From the NCBI GenBank assembly GCA_903867225.1, contig CAIPQN010000042.1:102992-166991 (forward strand): a DNA stretch of 64,000 bases, read 5' to 3'. This DNA is from an uncultured Pseudomonadota bacterium (GTDB lineage Bacteria; Pseudomonadota; Gammaproteobacteria; Methylococcales; Methylomonadaceae). This document shows, in pieces, positions 58,401-64,000 of the stretch; position 1 is the first letter of the stretch, and each line of letters starts with the position of its first letter. The position numbers and the translations under genes are program-made. The notes under the pieces are model-generated. The model did not search any database, was not told the origin of the DNA, and saw only the letters and a list, made by a program, of their open reading frames with translations.

Positions 58401-61400
58401 AAAAACAACAGATGGCACCGCATACACTGACGTTATAAATAACGCGACCTATTATTTAAATACTTTAAATGTCTTAACTTCATATAGTGTAAGCAAACAA
58501 ACAGGCAGTATTGCAGCATCTGGTTCTCTTATTACGAATACTTTTTCTTATGATGCTAAAGGAATTTTAACGAGCAGTTCAGTAACAGAAGCAACCGCTC
58601 AAACAACCACTATAAATCGTTACAATGCCCTCGGTATTTTGCAAGATAAAACCGAAGTTGATGGCAGAAAAACCACACTTTATAACAATCAAGGGCAAGT
58701 ACAAAACATCACCATTGATGTAACAGGTTTAACAGGAACACCAGACGCAGCAGATTCAACGAGAACAAATTACACCGTTTCGAGTGGAGTAAACACAATT
58801 GTTGTTTATTCGCTAGACTCTATTCAAGCATTATTGGGATATACAATTAGCAAAACGACTACGATTTCTGACACCAATTCGCTGCTCAATATCGCTAATT
58901 ACAATGCAAAAGGTTTACTAATTGGTAGTAGCAGTATCACCATTTCAGATAACGTTGAACACGTTACTTGGCTCTCAACTCTCACTTACTCTTCAGCAGG
59001 TAAATTGGCATCGGTCATTGATAATTATGATAATGACGGCGTTCAAACATCGACAACAAAAAATTATGACACCAGTGGCAATTTATCAAGCAGTTCAAAA
59101 ACCGAAGGCATTAAAACCAATTTTTATAATGCAAACGGCGTTTTTGTAAATGCTCAAATTAACGTAAGTGGATTAAAAGTAATAACTCAAAATAGTATTT
59201 ATAGCTCAACAGACAGTAATGGTGTTGAAACTATTTATACCGTGACAACGGGAAACATTTTAGTTAAATATGACATCAATCAATACAGCGAGAATCTGGT
59301 TGGCGACGTTACACATTACGTCACTAATACCCAAACATTTGATCCAAACGGGCAATTAACAGGCAGTAAAGTAACAGACCAATCGACTGTAAATACACAT
59401 AATTTTACGACTATAAAACAATATGGAAACACAGGCTTGTTTGTTAGTGAAACGAAAATAGAAGATAAAATGACGACTGTTTTTGATGCAAATAATACAA
59501 TTACAAGCGTTACGTTTAATGCTACAGGCTTAACGTCCACAGCTGATGGTAGTTATATTCAAGAAAGTGATAATGGAACATATCGTTTTTATCTAAGTGG
59601 AACGAGCTTAACAAAATATAGTTTGAGTACCAGCACCACCAGTACCAATAACGGTATTACACATAAAACGACGAATACAAATACATTCAGTAATAAAGGC
59701 ATTTTAACTAGCACTAACGATGTAATTGTTGATTCTTATACAACGGAAGGTGTACTTCGTACTATTTCAACAGAATCGAATAATGTAATTAATACTGCTG
59801 GAACTAGCACGCAAACGACGCGGTATTTGAATGATGGTATTCTTACTTCAACAACAGTAACGAATTACAGTGCAACTGGTAATGTACTTGATAAAACACA
59901 AACTATTGGACATAAAATTACGGCATTCGATAATGCAGGAAAAATCACGCGGGTTTCGATTGATGTTGCGCCAACAAGTGGTTCTTATACAGACACAAGT
60001 AACGGAACAATTTATTATGCTGACTCTACACCATCAAATGGCAGTTATACGCTGCTCAGATACAGCCTAACTAAAACAACAGATAGCACTCACTATAGCA
60101 CCACGACTTACAACATTAACGATATTGAAATTGGCAGATTGAATGTTGATGGGACGAAAAGATTAGAAACTAATATCGCTTACAACAGCGATGGCTCAAA
60201 GGTTGAAACCAATACATCAACTATTGATGGTTATATCACGTCATCAAAATTGACTTATAACGGAAATGGCGGTTTAACAGAACATACTGAAACTGTTGGT
60301 ATTCGGACAGATTATTTCGATCCAACAACAGGTACATTGACCAAAATTATGACTAACGGTGCGACGATAGAAACCACTACAGAAGGCACTACGACTTATA
60401 CTATTGATTCAAATAAAAATGTTATAAGTTTTCAAACTACAACTACTTCAGATTCAAACACTTTCAACAATTTGGGCGTTTTAACTGCAAAATTGCATAC
60501 AGAAACAGGCAAGTCGAGTTCGATGGTGCTTAATGATAACGGCACAAAAACAATTACAGATACGACTATTTTAGATGGCAAAATATTTATATCTACCGTT
60601 ATTCGCAATGTTAGCGACGATAGTGTCGTGAGTAGTTCCCAATCTGATGGTATTAAAACGACAACTTATAATGCTAACGGGGTAGTAACAGACGTTTCAA
60701 TTGATGTATTGACTAAGGGAACTGGAACTTATTCATTAACTGATAGTAGTGGCGTGCAAACTGATTATTATGTAACAAGTAATGCGCTCACTAAATATGT
60801 CGTTACACAAAATCCTTATATTTACACCGATGCGGCTGGAAAACAACAAACGGTTACGGCTTCAAAAACGTTTAATGCTAGTAATGTTGAAACAGGTAAT
60901 AGTATTTTAAATACGGTAACTGTAACAAAAACAGAATCAAACGTAACAACAACGACAGAAAAAGCATGGTCTAACTTTACTTCTGATACAACTTCGACTG
61001 GTCTTACTACTACAACGTTTTTGTGGATAGATGAAACCAAAAAAGGCTTTTCTGTGAATCAATATGATGCGAGTAACAATAATACGGGCAGCATTTTTGC
61101 AAAATCAGTTTATACGTCAGGTTCTTCGACAGATTTAAAAAGTGTGTCGATAGATGTAACGAAAGCATTGTTGACCGCAGATAATTTAGAAACCAGTGGT
61201 ACTGACAAAATAACTTATACCGTAAGTCACACGTTAAAAGATACAACTACACCAGATACCCAAACAGCTTATGGCTCATCACTAACTGCAGCGTCAACGA
61301 CAATAAGCGATGTGGTACTTTTGGTAGGCACGACTACTAGATACGGTATTTTTGATTTAATAAATACGGCACCAATTCATTTTGTTGATACCACAACGAC

Positions 61401-61776
61401 AACGGATTCAGTAGTAACAGAACATAAAATTGATAACTGGTATTTGTCGAAACTTACGGCTACCACTGCAAATACCAATGATGTAAGTAGCAGTAATAAA
61501 TTGATTGATATAACAACGGCAGGCGATTACGCAATTTCTGGTTTCAAATTGGGCGACGTATTGTATTTTCCATCTACGCCAACGGCAACGACATTAATTA
61601 ATTCAAGTACAACTGATGGCGAAATTAAGATTGATGTAACGTTTAACGCAGTTATCGCACATATCACTTTAACAGGGATAAGTAATGACACAGATGCGTC
61701 AGTTGGAATTAATGATGCCACTGCAATGACAAATTTCAACACCATTTTTGGTTTTGGCACCAGCCCAATCATTTAG
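52429..61776 (+). CDS. Giant (3115 aa) surface protein: VCBS-like head, ~12 Ig-like ~100-aa repeats, then ~1400 aa of Thr-rich degenerate YD-like repeats; no RTX block
   Basis: The head is homologous to the 1110-aa protein (LTWAFNSNVPYFESLLTGESLTLTYHLVAHDSLGN). The Ig-like repeat pattern is ..F.LDT.AP.AP...E....L.DG..N..EA....F.V.L......GDKVELLLGG.SFS.......I.NGYVDFTV...DLG.DG.K.LTAKITD.AGN... The second half repeats ..Y(N/D)..G.LT.S...DGIKTT.YNA.G.VT.ISID.TGLTG....Y...YYL....L.KYS... Confidence 0.85.
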   Translation: MATQLTTTVSGNSISVDDNFSTIEKVSLELDSANPVFVSVVNGSVNAPALQAYLNRSEAKAVLAELFSLSSSGTGVTQLSGADVWELTQAGSLTWAFNSNVPYFESLLTGESLTLTYHLVAHDSLGNEITQDIPVQIVGETKIINVATQNGVVADSSVSIEGIPATLTVTTEANTTLKIFDGSTDITSSFSTDIIGNQSGEDGFTQGIWTVIFSPTSSAYYGKSLTLKSTSSNGVTIYDSKSVDSKSANLTLVMTDSIPPAAPTITETGSTKLSDGIMNAVEAISTNFRVSLSTTGSRAVIGDIVKLSLNGSVSKSLTLSSGNISAGFVDFTLVTTDLGSDSDKSITATVTDAAGNVSSAATLPTFKLITALPTAPTLALDVDTGKSTDNITSVGRVVISSLGASASWEYSLNSGSHWTTGSGSKFTVTGDGNKTVLARQIDSAGNISPQTASFNFVLDTNAPITLTANRAELSDSLVNLSEANAGVSFRVNLIGDVVLGDTVSLLLGGNAFNTPISQTISNQNLSDGYVDFSVSKTQLGSEGIKSITAKLVDATNNTTLTSPIAFTLDTIAPTAPSIAEHSSSTDLNDGKMNDVESVSTTFQVSLLNTGAVVGDKVELLIGGSSFSSAKVITLGTLNITNGYVDFTVVKNDLGIDGSKSLTAKVTDIAGNAGVANGALTFILDTVAPVPSSITVDTVLADSFLNSAEVVSAIPFKVSFNALDSSDTVQLWLNGVLINKSPTTIDVSNHVATFNLTKTDLGSDGFKSLSATLIDSAGNTNVLATPLTFTLDSTVPSAPTLSEYGSTDLFDGLMNNAEAATTTFRATLPTLGSRAVAGDKIQLFGATPTQNNVELTATNITNGYVDFTVLQENLGSDGVKSLTSKITDKAGNVGSVSSPITFTLDTTAPVIPTFATVAVLSDGKLNNLEAVNTVFQVNLTAAAKGDKVELLLKDGLLNLGSFGIPKIVTLVSDITNSSVNFTVTKSDLGTDGSKELTAIITDLAGNKTTSAATTFDLKATLPTTPTLSFTDTGIATDSITNNPLVNVGQLLSGTSTSWQWQYVTDGTNWNTGSGTSFSVTDNGTKSILVRQTDTAGNISNVSNLNFTYDGTKPNTPTLTETTNYSADTFINKVEAVNTTFRVALNSTIANTVNVGDKVELLLGGASFSTPKLITISDADRTKGYVDFTVLKTDLGNDDNKFITAKITDIAGNSSTSSAVTFTLDTVATNAPTVTEVTSTKLIDGKLNYDETTTNTSFRVALPTSGILALTDDKVELLLNGASFSTKKTLVSGDLTNRYIDFSLSKADLGTDGDKVLTAVITDKAGNSSSQSSAVNFKLKATLPATPAVSEFGTTYLSDNVLNNAEAISTVFQVSFPKNTLSVGDKVELLLGGSSFSITKISTLDATAISNGYANFTVLEADYSGDGNKALTAKITDTFGNISAASKAVEFVLNTSTTTTNFRVELPTSLAISGNKVEVLLDGQSFNDSVNPSSVILGSNSTSVNFKILTSTVGTKKLTSVITDATSAHNRYYLDSSFSVASTGIKTTITTIIAKSSAEVLQSKTVTTVTDDKGYLKTTIQEYDAVNTLSKTTVKESVKTTVTQDSVTTISINTTGLVGDVGTTYTAYKIIERDGSTTTYYLNNTTDQQLVNYTNTVLNTNTTSVKFYSNVGAFLSRTDTTLVAATTLINHYNSANVLTDSVLIDGVKTTTKNSNGAVTNISIDTTTLTGVSYSYDENLVNYTDGSTTYTLDTSKVLVKYSVATTASVLSSGVTVTISQIYNNLGVKIGDGKLSTQDTHSNYTETTTVQNSNGSTVTNTVINDGYKISSVALYDTGGTLLSSQQIDGIKTTSFNAAGVVTSIAINVGGLNYSTVDGYNVYSVSDSSGGTNSYYLKANALIKYSSTQTSSSVNTDGVNHTIKTVSRFDNLGIFTDKSVSVASTQNGYITSTTKDYNAQGVLTGSSQTDGIKTTIYGATGNVILISIDTTGLTGTKTTDGTAYTDVINNATYYLNTLNVLTSYSVSKQTGSIAASGSLITNTFSYDAKGILTSSSVTEATAQTTTINRYNALGILQDKTEVDGRKTTLYNNQGQVQNITIDVTGLTGTPDAADSTRTNYTVSSGVNTIVVYSLDSIQALLGYTISKTTTISDTNSLLNIANYNAKGLLIGSSSITISDNVEHVTWLSTLTYSSAGKLASVIDNYDNDGVQTSTTKNYDTSGNLSSSSKTEGIKTNFYNANGVFVNAQINVSGLKVITQNSIYSSTDSNGVETIYTVTTGNILVKYDINQYSENLVGDVTHYVTNTQTFDPNGQLTGSKVTDQSTVNTHNFTTIKQYGNTGLFVSETKIEDKMTTVFDANNTITSVTFNATGLTSTADGSYIQESDNGTYRFYLSGTSLTKYSLSTSTTSTNNGITHKTTNTNTFSNKGILTSTNDVIVDSYTTEGVLRTISTESNNVINTAGTSTQTTRYLNDGILTSTTVTNYSATGNVLDKTQTIGHKITAFDNAGKITRVSIDVAPTSGSYTDTSNGTIYYADSTPSNGSYTLLRYSLTKTTDSTHYSTTTYNINDIEIGRLNVDGTKRLETNIAYNSDGSKVETNTSTIDGYITSSKLTYNGNGGLTEHTETVGIRTDYFDPTTGTLTKIMTNGATIETTTEGTTTYTIDSNKNVISFQTTTTSDSNTFNNLGVLTAKLHTETGKSSSMVLNDNGTKTITDTTILDGKIFISTVIRNVSDDSVVSSSQSDGIKTTTYNANGVVTDVSIDVLTKGTGTYSLTDSSGVQTDYYVTSNALTKYVVTQNPYIYTDAAGKQQTVTASKTFNASNVETGNSILNTVTVTKTESNVTTTTEKAWSNFTSDTTSTGLTTTTFLWIDETKKGFSVNQYDASNNNTGSIFAKSVYTSGSSTDLKSVSIDVTKALLTADNLETSGTDKITYTVSHTLKDTTTPDTQTAYGSSLTAASTTISDVVLLVGTTTRYGIFDLINTAPIHFVDTTTTTDSVVTEHKIDNWYLSKLTATTANTNDVSSSNKLIDITTAGDYAISGFKLGDVLYFPSTPTATTLINSSTTDGEIKIDVTFNAVIAHITLTGISNDTDASVGINDATAMTNFNTIFGFGTSPII

Positions 61777-61795
61777 ACATTAACGAGTTCTTTTC

Positions 61796-64000
61796 ATGGC
61801 TGATAAAACACCACCTAAACTATTATCTTCGACTCCAATCGCAAATGCGGCGGCGGTAGCGATTGCGAAAGATATTGTATTAACGTTTGATGAAGCGGTG
61901 AAAGCAGGGACAGGCAATATCGTTATTAGTGATGGAATAAACACTCAAAATGTTTCAATCAACGATAAAACTCAAATTACATTTAAAGACAAAACACTCA
62001 CAATAAATCCGAAAACAGATTTACTTGCTAATAGTCATTACAGCGTAATGATTGATGCGGCTGCAATTCAAGATTTAGCGGGTAATAAATATGCGGGAAT
62101 TAAAGACACTAAAAAAATAAGTTTTGATACTATCGATACAGCTGCCTCAGTATTAGTTTCAAGCACCCCAAAAGCTAATGCAACCGCCGTTAAACTTAAT
62201 CAAGATTTAACATTTACGTTTAATGAATCGATAAAATTAGGCTCTGGTTTTATTACTATCAGCAATGGAAAAAGCAGCCAAAAAATTAGTATTACAGATA
62301 AGACGCAAGTCACATTTAATGACAAATCATTCACGGTAAATCCTAAAAAAGATTTGTTGGCGAATAGTCATTACAGTATCACCATTGATTCAACCGCCGT
62401 TAAAGATTTAGTTGGTAATTTAAAAGACTTTCCAATGTTTGGCTTCGATACTGTCGATACAGCATCTCCTGTTTTAGTTTTATCAACGCCAATTGCTAAT
62501 GCAACTTCTGTTAAAGTTAATCAGAATTTTAAATTTACGTTTAATGAATCCATAAAAGTAGGTACTGGTTTTATTAACATCAGTAATGAAAAAGATAGTC
62601 AAAAAATTAGCATTACGGATAAATCACAAGTCACATTGAGTGGCACATCATTCACGGTAAATCCTAAAAAAGATTTGCTAGCAAATAGTCATTACAGCGT
62701 CACCATTGACGCAACAGCGATTCAAGACAAAGCAGGAAATAAATTTTCAGGTATTACTGATTTAAAAAAATTGAGTTTTGACACAGTTGATAACATTAAG
62801 CCATTACTTGATTCCACAACGCCAAAAAATTTAGCTGACTCGATTGCGGTCAATAAAAGTATCGTATTGACGTTCAGTGAAGCCGTAAAAGTAGGGTCAG
62901 GCAGTATCACTATTAAGAGTGGAAAGGATTTTCGCACAATTTTGGTTTCTGATAAATCTCAAGTGAGCATTGATGATAAAAGTGTGACTATCAATCCAAC
63001 AAATGATTTTGTTGCGGGTGCGACTTACACGCTGACATTGAACGCGGGAACATTTAAAGATAACGCCAATAATGCTTATGCTGGTAATAAGCTCAATCCT
63101 TTAACGTTTAAAACTCAAGGAATTATTCTTCCGACTAAACCTAATCCAGATATTATTTCTCCATCTAAAGATATTACCCCGCCTAATTTAGTATCTTTAA
63201 CGCCTGATGATGGTAGCACTAAGGTCGCTCAAAATGCAGATTTCATTATCAAATTCACTGAATCTATAACGACTGGTAGGGGTTATATTACAGTAAGTGA
63301 TGGCGCGAAAGATGTCCGTATAATCAATGTTGAAAGTAAAGATAAACAAATAACGATTGATAACGACCAATTGATTATTAACCCAACGCTTAATTTAAAA
63401 GCGGATACGGCTTATTTCATTAAAATTGATATAGGTGCAATTAAAGATTTAGCGGGTAATAGTTTTGCGGGTATTACCGATACTAAAACTTTTAATTTTA
63501 AAACTGGTGCTTTTCAGTTAATTACAGGCACAGCTATCGATGATTATATTGATGGTGCAACGGTTACTATTCAAGATAGTGATGGAAAAACTTACACCAC
63601 AGATACAGATAATTATGGGCGATTTACTTTTCCTAAAGATACGCCTGTGCGTTCAATTAGTGTTACAGGAGGCATTGATACGGGAACAGGAAATCCATTT
63701 AAAGGTCTGTTAACAGCTCCAGCAGGTGCATCCGTTGTTACGCCTTTGACGACATTATTAGATGCCTTTGCCAAAAACGGTGAAACGCTTGCACAAGCTC
63801 AATTATTGATTGCAAAAGCATTCGGATTTGATGCCAGTAAAATTGATTCTATGAATTACGATCAAATGGCAGAAGCGACAAAAAATACTAATAAAGAATC
63901 TGCTTTCAATCTCGTCGCCATTAACGCCAAAATTGTTAATTTGCTGGTTACAGGTAGCGAAACGCTCAGAAATTCATCAACAAATGCAATTTCAAATATC
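61796..64000 (+). CDS. Ig-like (SbsA/Big_5-type) repeat surface protein, 5' part (continues beyond window)
   Basis: Frame is open from ATG 61796 to the window end, so it is not in the ORF track. Own translation: MADKTPPKLLSSTPIANAAAVAIAKDIVLTFDEAVKAGTGNIVISDG..INPKTDLLANSHYSVMIDAAAIQDLAGNKYAG.., repeated about 6 times. Followed by ..ITGTAIDDYIDGATVTIQDSDGKTYTTDTDNYGRFTF... 19-nt gap after the 3115-aa gene. Confidence 0.8.
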   Translation, partial: MADKTPPKLLSSTPIANAAAVAIAKDIVLTFDEAVKAGTGNIVISDGINTQNVSINDKTQITFKDKTLTINPKTDLLANSHYSVMIDAAAIQDLAGNKYAGIKDTKKISFDTIDTAASVLVSSTPKANATAVKLNQDLTFTFNESIKLGSGFITISNGKSSQKISITDKTQVTFNDKSFTVNPKKDLLANSHYSITIDSTAVKDLVGNLKDFPMFGFDTVDTASPVLVLSTPIANATSVKVNQNFKFTFNESIKVGTGFINISNEKDSQKISITDKSQVTLSGTSFTVNPKKDLLANSHYSVTIDATAIQDKAGNKFSGITDLKKLSFDTVDNIKPLLDSTTPKNLADSIAVNKSIVLTFSEAVKVGSGSITIKSGKDFRTILVSDKSQVSIDDKSVTINPTNDFVAGATYTLTLNAGTFKDNANNAYAGNKLNPLTFKTQGIILPTKPNPDIISPSKDITPPNLVSLTPDDGSTKVAQNADFIIKFTESITTGRGYITVSDGAKDVRIINVESKDKQITIDNDQLIINPTLNLKADTAYFIKIDIGAIKDLAGNSFAGITDTKTFNFKTGAFQLITGTAIDDYIDGATVTIQDSDGKTYTTDTDNYGRFTFPKDTPVRSISVTGGIDTGTGNPFKGLLTAPAGASVVTPLTTLLDAFAKNGETLAQAQLLIAKAFGFDASKIDSMNYDQMAEATKNTNKESAFNLVAINAKIVNLLVTGSETLRNSSTNAISNI

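Overview
AT-rich chromosomal segment that looks like a gammaproteobacterial (Methylococcales, type I) methanotroph; the lineage call is by eye only, from PmoA/PmoB similarity and pmoC-A-B gene order. Layout from left to right: (1) fliE-F-G-H-I (fliI runs off the left edge) with an adjacent FleQ-type sigma-54 activator, all on the minus strand. (2) A CorC/HlyC-family transporter gene and a stand-alone EF-G paralog on the plus strand. (3) A run of about 24 co-directional minus-strand genes. It comprises flgB-C-D-E-F-G-H-I-J-K-L, followed directly by a Che2-like chemosensory cluster: cheY, a stand-alone Hpt, cheA, cheW, an Aer-like double-PAS MCP ending in DWEEF, cheW, a ParA-like ATPase, a very acidic STAS protein, cheR, cheD, cheB, a 202-aa minimal MCP-like protein and an MBL-fold di-metal protein. 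(4) Divergent flgA-flgM-flgN. (5) tRNA-Arg(CCU), followed by about 520 bp of non-coding DNA carrying three copies of a hairpin-containing ~27-nt element. (6) A membrane-anchored two-domain multicopper oxidase and a membrane-tethered cupredoxin directly upstream of pmoCAB (particulate methane monooxygenase), which ends in a strong terminator. (7) guaA. (8) An accessory surface-protein region. It holds an FG-GAP propeller/RTX protein with a 17-copy 27-bp in-frame tandem repeat, a convergent DUF928 + CHASE2-adenylate cyclase pair, then three co-directional giant genes: a 1110-aa RTX protein, a 3115-aa Ig-like plus Thr-rich YD-like repeat protein, and an Ig-like repeat protein that runs off the right edge. 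A recurring TGGCAT-N6-TGCT (-24/-12) motif sits in front of fliE, flgB, flgA and flgG, with a better match before cheA. A well-spaced sigma-28 motif precedes flgM. No rRNA, CRISPR array, transposase or integrase gene was seen. The best candidates for something undescribed are the MCO/cupredoxin pair next to pmoCAB, the di-metal-protein/mini-receptor pair, the ParA/acidic-STAS pair inside the che operon, and the DUF928/CHASE2-cyclase module embedded among the giant adhesins. All domain calls come from motif recognition by eye; no searches were run.
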